Shown here in pieces: positions 20,000 to 30,593 of a stretch of 64,000 nt of DNA. Every line of letters starts with the position of its first letter. Positions within the stretch are counted from its first letter, which is position 1. Made by a program: the position numbers and the translations under genes. The notes beneath the pieces were generated by a model. It worked only from the letters and a program-made list of their open reading frames with translations. It was not told the origin of the DNA and made no database searches. Source of the stretch: an uncultured bacterium (GTDB lineage: Bacteria > Desulfobacterota > Deferrimicrobia > Deferrimicrobiales > Deferrimicrobiaceae); the NCBI GenBank assembly GCA_963741515.1, contig CAVUIA010000001.1, forward strand, positions 323,767-387,766, read 5' to 3'.

Positions 20000-21631
20000 A
20001 TGGGAGAACAACCCGAAAACGTCCTTTCGAACTTGCTTAAAAAACGGCTGAAAACGCTGGGGTATCCTTCCCTGCGGCGGTTCCACGCCGACCGGCCCGG
20101 CATGGGCCTCAGTTACGAGATCCTCCGGCAGGTGGTCTATACCGGGCACGTCCCCCGGCCTGAAACGCTGTTCAGGATCCTCGGTTCCATGCAGTTTTCC
20201 TCCAGCCAGATCCAGAAGATTTGCGGGATGCACTACGGGGACTACCTCCCCATCCCGAATGGCGGGGCGGGCTCGTCCCCCCACTCCGCTTCCGCGTCCA
20301 AGGAAGCTCCGGCGGCCGGGGCGGCCGTCGAGGAAAGCCAGGGCGGCCGGGGCGACCGGCAGCGGCAGGACGCGGACGGGCAGGGGTCCCCGCTCCTCGA
20401 GGACCCGGGGGAAATCCTTTCCCGCCTCCGGTCCGCCCTCCCGCAGATCCCGCTGCCCGGAAACGAGGACTTCTGGGAGCTGCTGCAGTCGATGGCGCGG
20501 ATCGCCGAGCAGAAAGTGCGGCGCGGCGCCTCCCGGCAGGCGGAGCAGCCTCTCCTCTTCGCCGGCGAGCCCGAGGCGATCTACCAGTTCCTGGTGAGGA
20601 AGAGCCGGATCCCCGCGTTCATGTCGCGCGGGGAGGACATCCCCTTGAGCTTCGGCGAGGGGATCGACTACAGGGACCGGTTCCTGGGCTCGATGCTGGG
20701 CGCGGCGGTGGGAGACTCCCTGGGCACCATCACGCAAGGGCTGACGTCGAGGGACATCCAGGAGCTGTACGGGGATGTCAACGACATCCCGGAGATCCAT
20801 TCCCCCCGGGGCGTTCCCGCGACGCCGGAATCCTCCCCCCTGCTCTCGGTCGCCCGCGCCTTCCTCCCCGACGGCGTCCTGGACCCCGCGAAGATCGCGG
20901 TGGCGATGGCGCGGTCGGTCCGCCGCGAGGACCCGGCGGGGCTGCAGGGATTCGCCCGGAACCTGCTGGAGCGCGCCCTCCCCTGGCACGAGGCGGGGGA
21001 GAACCTTCCCGAAAGCGCCCCGGCGGTGCTCGTCCTTCCGCTGGCGCTGCTGCGCGCGGGGAATTTCCGGCGGCTCAAGCTCGAAGCGGGGATCCTCGCG
21101 TCGCTTTCCCACCCCAACCCGGGAGCGATCGCGGGCGCGATCGCCCAGGCCTTCGCCGTGGCGAAGGCGCTGCACTGCCCGCCGGGGTTCCTCGACGTGC
21201 TCTCGTTCCCCAGGACGCTCTCCCCGGTGGTTTCCGGGATCGAGCCGGAGCGCGGGTCCAAGCCGCGCGTCGGCCGGGCCCCCTCCACCGTCGGAAGGAA
21301 GCTCGGGGCCGAACTGCCCGCCCTGCTCCTGCGCAGGGCGCCGGTCGGCGAGATGCAGGAGTCGCTCGGGAACGGCGAGTCGGCCCACGAGGGGATCCCG
21401 TTCGCCCTGGGCTGCTTCCTGCGGTCCCCGGGCGATTTCGCGGAAACCGTCCTGCAGGCGGTGCGTCAGGGCGGCGACGCGAGGGTGATCGGCGCCCTCG
21501 CCGGGGCGTTGTGCGGCGCGTACGTCGGGAGGGAAGGCATCCCCGAACGGTTCCTGTCGCGGCTGGTCTTGAGGGATGAGATCGCCCGGACCGCGGAGGC
21601 GCTTCACGCCCTCGCGGCCCGGGAAGGATAA
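20000..21631 (+). CDS. HTH (XRE-like) domain fused to an ADP-ribosylglycohydrolase-family domain
   Basis: N-terminus LSNLLKKRLKTLGYPSLRRFHADRPGMGLSYEILRQVVYTGHVP (helix-turn-helix). C-terminal part has GAAVGDSLG and other ARH/DraG-like motifs. An AT-rich promoter-like stretch (TTATCA-N16-TACAAT) lies upstream. Confidence 0.65.
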   Translation: MGEQPENVLSNLLKKRLKTLGYPSLRRFHADRPGMGLSYEILRQVVYTGHVPRPETLFRILGSMQFSSSQIQKICGMHYGDYLPIPNGGAGSSPHSASASKEAPAAGAAVEESQGGRGDRQRQDADGQGSPLLEDPGEILSRLRSALPQIPLPGNEDFWELLQSMARIAEQKVRRGASRQAEQPLLFAGEPEAIYQFLVRKSRIPAFMSRGEDIPLSFGEGIDYRDRFLGSMLGAAVGDSLGTITQGLTSRDIQELYGDVNDIPEIHSPRGVPATPESSPLLSVARAFLPDGVLDPAKIAVAMARSVRREDPAGLQGFARNLLERALPWHEAGENLPESAPAVLVLPLALLRAGNFRRLKLEAGILASLSHPNPGAIAGAIAQAFAVAKALHCPPGFLDVLSFPRTLSPVVSGIEPERGSKPRVGRAPSTVGRKLGAELPALLLRRAPVGEMQESLGNGESAHEGIPFALGCFLRSPGDFAETVLQAVRQGGDARVIGALAGALCGAYVGREGIPERFLSRLVLRDEIARTAEALHALAAREG

Positions 21632-21652
21632 GCCGGCTTCGCCTTTACTCCG

Positions 21653-22261
21653 TCAAACCCGCTTGATGCAGAACCCCTCGGACAACATCTGGAAGACCTC
21701 GGCCGAGGTGACGGAGGGGTGGAACTTCTGCCTCTTCGAAAGGATGTAGGTCCGGGAAAGCTCGTCCATCGCCCCGAAAACGACGCGGCGCGCCACGCCC
21801 ACGTTCAGGTCCGGGCGGAAGGTGCCGTCCCGCTTCCCTTCCTCGAGGACGCCGCTCAGGACGTCGAGGTACTCGAAGAACTTCACGGGCGTGTAGTCCT
21901 TCAGGAACTTGCTGCTCTGCCGGAGCTCCACCTGCAGGACCTCGATGAGCCCCGCCTCGCACTCGAGAAGGCCCATGTGGTTCTCGATGAAGATCCTCAT
22001 TTTATCGAGGGCGGTTCCGCCCGCCTCGATCTTCTTCCGCACGTCGACGACGATCTCGACCATCTTCTCCTCGAAGAGGGAGATCAGCAGGTCGTCCTTG
22101 TTCTTGAAATAGAGGTAGATGGTGCCGTCCGCCACGCCGGAGGCCCGGGCGATCTCGGACACCTTCGAGTTGAAGAACCCTTTGCGGGAAAAAACCTCTA
22201 TCGCCGCCTGGAGAATCCGGTTCCTTTTGTCTCCCGCATGGCTCGGATCCCTTTTCGGCAT
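21653..22261 (-). CDS. TetR/AcrR-family transcriptional regulator
   Basis: Intact 202-aa ORF with an N-terminal TetR HTH (RILQAAIEVFSRKGFFNSKVSEIARASGVADGTIYLYFKNKDDLL). Confidence 0.85.
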   Translation of the reverse strand: MPKRDPSHAGDKRNRILQAAIEVFSRKGFFNSKVSEIARASGVADGTIYLYFKNKDDLLISLFEEKMVEIVVDVRKKIEAGGTALDKMRIFIENHMGLLECEAGLIEVLQVELRQSSKFLKDYTPVKFFEYLDVLSGVLEEGKRDGTFRPDLNVGVARRVVFGAMDELSRTYILSKRQKFHPSVTSAEVFQMLSEGFCIKRV

Positions 22262-22276
22262 GGTGCCTCCGCATTA

Positions 22277-22290
22277 TGAATGATGATTCA
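22277..22290. promoter_or_regulatory. palindrome TGAAT-GATG-ATTCA, candidate TetR autoregulatory operator
   Basis: Inverted repeat 16-30 nt upstream of the tetR-like start codon. Confidence 0.3.
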
Positions 22291-22352
22291 CGAAAAGGTA
22301 CGCCAAAGAGAACCGGCTGTCAATAAGTACGGATGGGGAAAAACTTTGTCTC

Positions 22353-23129
22353 TTATTCCCGATACCCGAGCCGGGCGGACAAGGAGGTGGCGGCGCGCAC
22401 GACTTCGCTCGCGATCACGCCGTTGATCCGCTCTTCGGAGATCCGGTGGGCCGGGCCGGACACGCTGATCGCGCCGATCACCTTGCGGGTATAGTCGCGG
22501 ATGGGCGAGGCCAGGCAGCGGAGCCCTTCCTCGAACTCCTCGAAATCGGTGGCGTATCCCTGCTCCCGGGCTTTTGCCATGTCTTCGATGAGCTCGGGAA
22601 GCGTGGTCTTGGTGTGTTTCGTGAACCTGCGGATCTCTCCGGAAAAACGCTTCGCCAGCTCCTCGTCGGATTCGCTGGCCACGAGCGCCTTGCCGGCGGC
22701 GGTGGCGTGGAGCGGCATGTGCAGGCCCACGCGGGAGACGACCCGCACGGTGGAGGTCCCTTCGACCGCGTCGAGGTAGACGACCTCGTTGCCGCGCAGG
22801 AAGGAAAGGTAGCTCGTTTCGCCCGTCGTTTCCGCCAGTTCCCTCAGGATGGCCTTGGCCTGCTTCAGCAGGCCCCTCTGGTGGATGAAGGTCTGCCCCA
22901 GTTCGAGGCACTTGATCCCGAGCTTGTAGTTGTCGTTGGACTTGTTCTGCTCGATATAATTGCGCGACTGAAGCGTCGCCAGGATCCTGAAGACGTTGTT
23001 CTTGTGGAGTTTCAGCTTCTTGCTGAGTTCCGTCACTCCCAGCTCGTCCGTCTCTCCCCGGTACTCTTCGAGCACGTCGAGGGCGTGGGCTACAGACTGG
23101 ATGATGTAGTTCGATTTGTCGCGTCGCAC
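22353..23129 (-). CDS. IclR-family transcriptional regulator
   Basis: Intact 258-aa ORF with an N-terminal winged HTH and a C-terminal IclR effector domain. Confidence 0.85.
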   Translation of the reverse strand: MRRDKSNYIIQSVAHALDVLEEYRGETDELGVTELSKKLKLHKNNVFRILATLQSRNYIEQNKSNDNYKLGIKCLELGQTFIHQRGLLKQAKAILRELAETTGETSYLSFLRGNEVVYLDAVEGTSTVRVVSRVGLHMPLHATAAGKALVASESDEELAKRFSGEIRRFTKHTKTTLPELIEDMAKAREQGYATDFEEFEEGLRCLASPIRDYTRKVIGAISVSGPAHRISEERINGVIASEVVRAATSLSARLGYRE

Positions 23130-23308
23130 CGTATTTTCCTCCGGCCGGGAAACCGCTTGGTTTTACAAAACAAAACAACGTTATCTATAATTTACGCCGT
23201 AACCCCTGTCAACAGAAAACGAATCCGCCTGTTTTACTCATCGAGACAATTTTAACCGATTTTCCGGTCCCCGTGCTTTAAAAAATTCCGCATTCGGAAA
23301 CAAATTTT

Positions 23309-23896
23309 TCACGGGCGGGCCCTCGACCCCCCGTCGCCGCGGGAAGCCGCATCGCCCTTCTCGCGAGGGAGGGCGCGCAGCCGCGCGATTTCCGACTTCA
23401 GGTGGTCCCGGTAGGGATAATCCGGAACGTTTTCCAGCAGTCCCTCCCATGCCCTGATCCCGCCTTCCAGGTCCTTCTTGTCCTGGACGAGGATGACGCC
23501 CAGGTTGTACCGCGCCTGGTGGTGGCGGGGGTTCGCGGAGATGGCCTTCGTCAGCTCCTCCACCGCCCGGTCGAACTCCCCGGTCCGCCGCAGGCAGACC
23601 GCCATGTCGGTCCGGACGTTCGAGTTGGACGGGTCGATCGCCAGCGCCTTCCCGAAGCTCTCGATGGCCAGGCGGTCCTGGTTCGTCTGGAAATACAGGT
23701 TCCCGATGCCGATCAGCGCCTGCAGGTTGTTCGGGTCCTTCCGCAGGATCGCCTTGTAGTTCCCGATCTCCGAGTCCGTGCCGATGCGCACCGGCTCCGT
23801 GTCCTGGGCCGGGGGGCTTTTGCCGCATCCCGCGAGCGGAAGGAGCGCTGCCAGGGCGAGGACGGCGGCCCACCGCGCAGGCCCGGTCCGTCTCAT
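23309..23896 (-). CDS. TPR-repeat lipoprotein
   Basis: Signal peptide with lipobox (LLPLAGC), then TPR repeats. Part of track ORF 23309..24403. Confidence 0.7.
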   Translation of the reverse strand: MRRTGPARWAAVLALAALLPLAGCGKSPPAQDTEPVRIGTDSEIGNYKAILRKDPNNLQALIGIGNLYFQTNQDRLAIESFGKALAIDPSNSNVRTDMAVCLRRTGEFDRAVEELTKAISANPRHHQARYNLGVILVQDKKDLEGGIRAWEGLLENVPDYPYRDHLKSEIARLRALPREKGDAASRGDGGSRARP

Positions 23897-24370
23897 AGGG
23901 CGATCACCTCGAGCGTGTCTTCGCAGGACGCGAGCAGCTGCGCCACGGTCTTCCCCGTCGGGGGAACGACCGCTTCCGCCGCCACCTCCGCCACGGGCAC
24001 GAGACAGAAACGGCGGCGCGCCATCGATTCGTGCGGTATGACCAGCCCGGGCTCCGATACCACCGTGGTCCCCATGAGGATGATGTCGACGTCGAGGCGG
24101 CGTGGGCCCCATCGGCCTCCCGCGAGGCGCCCCGCGCCGGTTTCCAGCCGTTTCGCCAGGAGGAGGAGGTCCCGGGGGGGCAGCTCCGTTTCGACGCGGA
24201 CCGCGAGGTTGAGGAACCACGGCTGGCGGGCGCGGCCGAACGGCTCGCTGGCGTACAGCCGGGAAACCGACACGATCCGGGTTTCCCGGGACAGCGCGGA
24301 CACCGCGTCGCGGATCTGCCGGACGCGCCGCCCGAGGTTGCTTCCCAGGAGGAGGACCGCGTCCTCCGCG
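23893..24370 (-). CDS. folK: 2-amino-4-hydroxy-6-hydroxymethyldihydropteridine pyrophosphokinase (HPPK); start codon not resolved
   Basis: AVLLLGSNLG...RIVSVSRLYASEPFG...RWGPRRLDVDIILMG...PHESMARRRFCLVP matches HPPK. No ATG, GTG or TTG lies in frame between the upstream stop and the conserved N-terminus. Confidence 0.7.
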
Positions 24371-24380
24371 CCGCGCGAAC

Positions 24381-25157
24381 TCAGCGTGCGGGCTCCCGGG
24401 CAACGACCCGGTTCGTGAGGGAGCCGATCCCCTCGATCTCGACGGTGACCGTGTCCCCGGGCGTCAGGGAACCGATGCCGGCGGGCGTCCCGGTGGCGAT
24501 CACGTCCCCCGGGAAAAGGGTCATGTTCGAGGAGATGTACTCCACCAGGCGGCTGACGGAGGACCCCATGTCGCTCGTGTTGCCGGCCTGCTTCAACTGC
24601 CCGTTCACGAGGCAGCGCACGTCGAGGGCGTCGGGGTCGAGGTCGGTCTCGATCCACGGCCCGATGGGCGCGAACGTGTCGAATCCCTTGGAGCGGGCGA
24701 ACTGCACGTCCCGGATCTGCAGGTCGCGGGCCGTCACGTCGTTGATGCAGGTGTACCCGAAGACGTACGAGGACGCATCGGCGGCGGGCACGTCCTTCGC
24801 CCTGCGCCCGATCACCACCGCGAGCTCGGCCTCGAAATCGACATGCTCCGACTGCCGGGGATAGACGATGTCCCCTCCCGGCGGAAGGACCGCGGAGGTC
24901 GCCTTGAGGAACAGGAGCGGCTCCTCCGGGATCCGCATCCCCACTTCCTTCGCGTGGTCCTTGTAGTTCAGCCCCACCGCGACGATCTTCCCCGGCGCGA
25001 CCGGGGAGAGGAGGGAGACCTCCTCGAGGCGGCGGGTCGACCCGGTTTCCCGGATGTTCTCGAAGGGGTCCCCCACGATCTCGCGCAGGGTGCCGCTCGA
25101 CGCGTCGATGATGGCGTACCAGACCCTGCTCTTGAATTCGTAGCGGACGATCTTCAT
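24381..25157 (-). CDS. fumarylacetoacetate hydrolase (FAH)-family protein
   Basis: 258-aa frame from MKIVRYEF... with a FAH-fold metal-binding region. ATG overlaps the dapB stop. Confidence 0.8.
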   Translation of the reverse strand: MKIVRYEFKSRVWYAIIDASSGTLREIVGDPFENIRETGSTRRLEEVSLLSPVAPGKIVAVGLNYKDHAKEVGMRIPEEPLLFLKATSAVLPPGGDIVYPRQSEHVDFEAELAVVIGRRAKDVPAADASSYVFGYTCINDVTARDLQIRDVQFARSKGFDTFAPIGPWIETDLDPDALDVRCLVNGQLKQAGNTSDMGSSVSRLVEYISSNMTLFPGDVIATGTPAGIGSLTPGDTVTVEIEGIGSLTNRVVAREPAR

Positions 25158-25963
25158 CGGCGGAACCCCAGGACGTCGGCCATGTCGTAGAGGCCGGGCG
25201 GCTTCCCGAGCACCCAGGAGGCGGCGCGCACCGCGCCCCGCGCGAACGTGTCCCTGCTGTGCGCCCGGTGGGTGATCTCGAGCCGCTCCCCGATCCCGCC
25301 GAACACCAGGGTGTGCTCCCCCACCACGTCCCCGGAGCGCATGGCGAACACGCCGATCTCCCTCCGGGACCGCTCTCCCGTCATCCCCCGCCTTCCGTAG
25401 ACGCCGACTTCCTCCATTTTCCTTTCCAGGGCGGAGGCCACGACGTCGGCCAGCTTGACCGCCGTCCCCGACGGGGCGTCCTTCTTGAACCGGTGGTGCG
25501 TCTCGACGATCTCGACGTCGTAATCGTCGCCCAAAACGCGCGCCATGTCGGCCGCCACCCGGAACATCAGGTTGACCCCGATGCTCATGTTGGGCGACTG
25601 CACGATCGCCGTCTTCCCCGCGGCTTCCCGGATCCTTTCCAGCTGGTCCGCCCCGATCCCGGTGGAGCCGATGACGATCGGCTTCCCCGCCTCGGCCGCC
25701 AGGAAGGCGTTGCGCACGGAGGCATCGGCGGTGCTGAAGTCGATGGCGACGTCGGCCGCGGCGATCGCGCTCCCGGGGTCTTCGGTGACCTTCACGCCCG
25801 TGCGCCCGCCGCCCGCTACCGAGGCGACGTCCCGGCCGATGAGCGGGTGCCCCGCCGCCTCGACCGCGCCGGACAGCGTCAGGCCGTACGGGTTCTCCCC
25901 GAGTATGGAGAGGATCGCCTTGCCCATCCGCCCCATCGCCCCGCACACCGCCACACCGGCCAC
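25154..25963 (-). CDS. dapB: 4-hydroxy-tetrahydrodipicolinate reductase
   Basis: Intact ORF with an N-terminal GAMGRMG Rossmann motif and a DapB C-terminal domain. GTG start. Confidence 0.9.
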   Translation of the reverse strand: MAGVAVCGAMGRMGKAILSILGENPYGLTLSGAVEAAGHPLIGRDVASVAGGGRTGVKVTEDPGSAIAAADVAIDFSTADASVRNAFLAAEAGKPIVIGSTGIGADQLERIREAAGKTAIVQSPNMSIGVNLMFRVAADMARVLGDDYDVEIVETHHRFKKDAPSGTAVKLADVVASALERKMEEVGVYGRRGMTGERSRREIGVFAMRSGDVVGEHTLVFGGIGERLEITHRAHSRDTFARGAVRAASWVLGKPPGLYDMADVLGFRR

Positions 25964-25973
25964 GGCCGCCTCC

Positions 25974-26846
25974 TTACGCGATCTTCAGCCCGGAGAGGAC
26001 CTTCGCGAGGGCCTTCCGGTTGACGTCGGACATCGGGCACAGCGGCAGGCGGAACTCTTCCTTGATCATCCCCATCATGGCGACCGCGGTCTTCACGGGG
26101 ATCGGGTTCGTTTCGATGAAAAGGGTCTGCATCAGCGGCCACAGGCGGAAATGGATCTCCCGCGCGGTGGCCGTCCGGCCGGAGACGAAGGCGTCGTAGA
26201 GGTCGGCCATCGGCCTCGGGGCCACGTTGGACACCACGGAGATGACGCCCTTCGCGCCCAGGGCGAGCATGGGGAAGTACAGCGCGTCGTCGCCCGAAAG
26301 GACGCAGAAGGTGCGGGGGGTCGCCCGCAGGATGTCGCAGATCTGCGCGAGGTTCCCGGACGCCTCCTTCACCCCGACGATGTTCCCGACCTCGGCGAGG
26401 AGCGCCACCGTGTCGGCCGTCATGTTCACGCCCGTCCGGCCGGGAACGTTGTAAAGGATGATGGGGATGTCCACTTCCCCGGCGATCGCCTTGAAGTGGG
26501 CGACGAGCCCTTTCTGGGTGGGCTTGTTGTAGTACGGCGTGATGACGAGCGCCGCGTCGGCCCCCGCCTTCTTCGCGTAGCGCGTGAGGACGACGGCCTC
26601 CTTCGTGTTGTTCGAGCCGGTCCCGGCGATTACGGGGACCCGCCCGGCGGCCGCCCGGATCACGACCTCGATGACCTTCTCGTGCTCCTCGAAGGAAAGC
26701 GTCGCGGACTCCCCCGTCGTTCCGCACGGCACGATTCCCGAGATGCCGTTCCGGATCTGGAACTCGACGAGCTTCTTCAGGCCCGGCGCGTCGAGCCGGC
26801 CGTTCCGGAACGGCGTGACGATTGCTGTGATCGCCCCGTGGAACAT
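25974..26846 (-). CDS. dapA: 4-hydroxy-tetrahydrodipicolinate synthase
   Basis: Intact 290-aa ORF with TPF and GTTGE motifs and a Schiff-base Lys region (GVKEASG). Confidence 0.9.
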   Translation of the reverse strand: MFHGAITAIVTPFRNGRLDAPGLKKLVEFQIRNGISGIVPCGTTGESATLSFEEHEKVIEVVIRAAAGRVPVIAGTGSNNTKEAVVLTRYAKKAGADAALVITPYYNKPTQKGLVAHFKAIAGEVDIPIILYNVPGRTGVNMTADTVALLAEVGNIVGVKEASGNLAQICDILRATPRTFCVLSGDDALYFPMLALGAKGVISVVSNVAPRPMADLYDAFVSGRTATAREIHFRLWPLMQTLFIETNPIPVKTAVAMMGMIKEEFRLPLCPMSDVNRKALAKVLSGLKIA

Positions 26847-26868
26847 CAGTACCCTCCCCTGTCCGGTG

Positions 26869-27699
26869 TCAGTATCGGTATGCTTCCTCGAACAGACTTC
26901 CGTCGAACGTCCAGGAGGTGTCCCCTTCGAGGTACACCTCGCCGAAATCTTCCTTCCCCGCGTCGAAGTGGACCTTGAGGATCTCTCCCCCGCTCGTCCG
27001 CACGGTCACCGGCGGCGACGCGGCCCCCCGCAGGGAGGCGAGGATGGCGGAAGCCACCGCGCCCGTGCCGCACGCCAGCGTTTCCCCCTCGACGCCCCGC
27101 TCGTAGGTGCGCACCAGCAGCTCGCCGTCCCGCGCCTCGGCGAAGTTGACGTTCGTGCCCCGGGGCGCGAACGCCTCGTGCCTGCGGATCCCGCGGCCGA
27201 GCCCCGCCACGTCGACCCGGCCGGCGTCGGGGACGAAGAGCACGGCGTGGGGGACCCCCGTGTCGAGGAAGGAATAGACGAGCTTTTCCCCATCGAGCGT
27301 CAGCTCCCGGTCGACGGCGAGCCCGGTGGGCCGCGTCATCTGCAGCTTCACGCGCCGGCCGGCGACGGTGGCGCGGATGGTCCCCGCCAGCGTCTCGAAG
27401 GACATCTCCGGCCCGGCGATCTTCCGGGCGGCGGCGAAGCGGGCGGCGCAGCGGCCCCCGTTGCCGCACATCTCGGCGCGGGAGCCGTCGGCGTTGTAGA
27501 AATCCCACCGGAAGTCGGCGCTCCGCGACGGCTCGACGACGATGACGCCGTCGGCGCCGACGGAGCGGGCGCGGTCGCACACCCTGGACGCGAAGACGGG
27601 ACGGTCGATCCCTTCCAGGACGCCGTCCCGGTTGTCGATCAATAAAAAGTCGTTCCCGCTCCCGTTGAGCTTCGAGAAGGGGATCCCTCCCCTTGTCAT
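26869..27699 (-). CDS. dapF: diaminopimelate epimerase
   Basis: Intact 276-aa ORF with both catalytic-Cys motifs (MCGNGGRC, ACGTGAVA). Confidence 0.9.
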   Translation of the reverse strand: MTRGGIPFSKLNGSGNDFLLIDNRDGVLEGIDRPVFASRVCDRARSVGADGVIVVEPSRSADFRWDFYNADGSRAEMCGNGGRCAARFAAARKIAGPEMSFETLAGTIRATVAGRRVKLQMTRPTGLAVDRELTLDGEKLVYSFLDTGVPHAVLFVPDAGRVDVAGLGRGIRRHEAFAPRGTNVNFAEARDGELLVRTYERGVEGETLACGTGAVASAILASLRGAASPPVTVRTSGGEILKVHFDAGKEDFGEVYLEGDTSWTFDGSLFEEAYRY

Positions 27700-27765
27700 G
27701 GTTCGATCCTTTCGGTCATCTGAACTATCGTATCAGAACGGCCGCGCCGAAGAACCTGTAAAGGA

Positions 27766-29061
27766 TCACTTCCCTTTCGCGCGCTCCTTCAGGAAAGAGG
27801 CGGTGCGCTCGCCGCCGACGACGTCGCGGATCGTTTCCCGCTCGCGGACGACCTCGGCGCGGTCGCCCGACACCATCACCTCGGCGGCCCTCGGGCGGCT
27901 GTTGTAGTTCGACGACATGGAGAAGCCGTACGCCCCCGCGCTCATCACCGCCAGGAGGTCCCCCGACTTGTACGGCGGCAGCGTCCGGTCCCTCGCGAGG
28001 AAGTCCCCCGACTCGCAGATGGGGCCGACCACGTCGGCCGTGACCCGCCCGGCCGGCGCCTTCCCCACGGGGAGGATCGCGTGGTAGGAGCCGTAGAGGG
28101 AGGGGCGCGCCAGGTCGTTCATGGCCGCGTCGACGATGAAGAAGTGGTGCTTCCCCCGCCCGCTCGGGGACGGGATCTTCTTGGTGTAGAGGACCTCCGT
28201 CACCAGGACCCCCGCGTTCCCCACCAGGACGCGCCCGGGCTCGAGCACCAGCGTGACGTCGAGGCCCCGGAAGGCGTTCACGATCGCGTTCGCGTACTCC
28301 TTCGGCTGGGGGGGAAGCTCGTCGTTGTACCGGATCCCCAGCCCCCCGCCGATGTCGACGTACCGGATGGGCATCCCCTTGGCCAGGAGCTGGTCGACGA
28401 GCCGGCGGACCCGGCCCGCCGCGTCGAGGAAGGGCGCGAGGTCGGTCAGCTGGGAGCCGATGTGGCAGTCGACGCCCACCACCTCGATGTTGCGGCGCCG
28501 CGCGGCCCATTCGTAGTCCTTCACCGCGTCCAGGATGCGGATGCCGAACTTGTTCCTCTTCAGCCCCGTGGAGATGTAGGGGTGCGTCTTGGGGTCGACG
28601 TCGGGGTTCACGCGGATCGATATGGGCGCACGCTTGCGCATCCGGCCGGCGATGGCGTCGATCCGTTCCAGCTCTTCCCGGGACTCCACGTTGAACATGA
28701 GGATGCCCCGGCGCAGCGCCTCCTCGATCTCCCCGACCTTCTTCCCCACGCCCGAGTAGACGATCTTCTTCGGGTGCGCGCCGGCCGCCAGCGCGCGGGC
28801 GAGCTCCCCTCCGGACACGATGTCGACGCCGCCGCCGAGCCGCGTGAAGGTCCGTATGACGGAGCCGTTCGAGTTGGCCTTCATCGAGAAGCAGACGACG
28901 TGGGGGATGGCCGAGAAGGCCTCGTCGAACACGCGGAAATGGTGCTCCAGGGTGGCGCGGCTGTACACGTATACCGGCGTCCCCATCCGCCGGGCGATCT
29001 CCCGAAGGGGGTACTCCTCGCAGCAGAGCTGGCCGTGCCGGTTCACCGCGAAATGGTGCAT
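27766..29061 (-). CDS. lysA: diaminopimelate decarboxylase
   Basis: Fold-III PLP decarboxylase motifs (FSMKANSN, GGGLGI, CESGD). ATG MHHFAV follows a GAGGAGAGG Shine-Dalgarno. Confidence 0.9.
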   Translation of the reverse strand: MHHFAVNRHGQLCCEEYPLREIARRMGTPVYVYSRATLEHHFRVFDEAFSAIPHVVCFSMKANSNGSVIRTFTRLGGGVDIVSGGELARALAAGAHPKKIVYSGVGKKVGEIEEALRRGILMFNVESREELERIDAIAGRMRKRAPISIRVNPDVDPKTHPYISTGLKRNKFGIRILDAVKDYEWAARRRNIEVVGVDCHIGSQLTDLAPFLDAAGRVRRLVDQLLAKGMPIRYVDIGGGLGIRYNDELPPQPKEYANAIVNAFRGLDVTLVLEPGRVLVGNAGVLVTEVLYTKKIPSPSGRGKHHFFIVDAAMNDLARPSLYGSYHAILPVGKAPAGRVTADVVGPICESGDFLARDRTLPPYKSGDLLAVMSAGAYGFSMSSNYNSRPRAAEVMVSGDRAEVVRERETIRDVVGGERTASFLKERAKGK

Positions 29062-29218
29062 GTCCTCTCCTCGACAGGTTGTATTGGCGGCGTCCCCTCT
29101 ACGGACCGCGACGCCGTGCGCGGCTCGGGCTTCGCCTTCCTGCCGCACCCGGCCGCCGGGAACAGGAGGACGGCCGCCGCCAGGCCCGCCAGGACCGCCG
29201 CCCGCAGGCGCCGGCCCG

Positions 29219-29222
<4 letters not shown>
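29043..29222 (-). CDS. small lipoprotein (59 aa) between argH and lysA
   Basis: MTGRRLRAAVLAGLAAAVLLFPAAGC... lipobox. ATG overlaps the argH stop (ATGA). A small lipoprotein before lysA is a known arrangement. Confidence 0.55.
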
Positions 29223-30592
<1,370 letters not shown>

Positions 30593-30593
30593 G

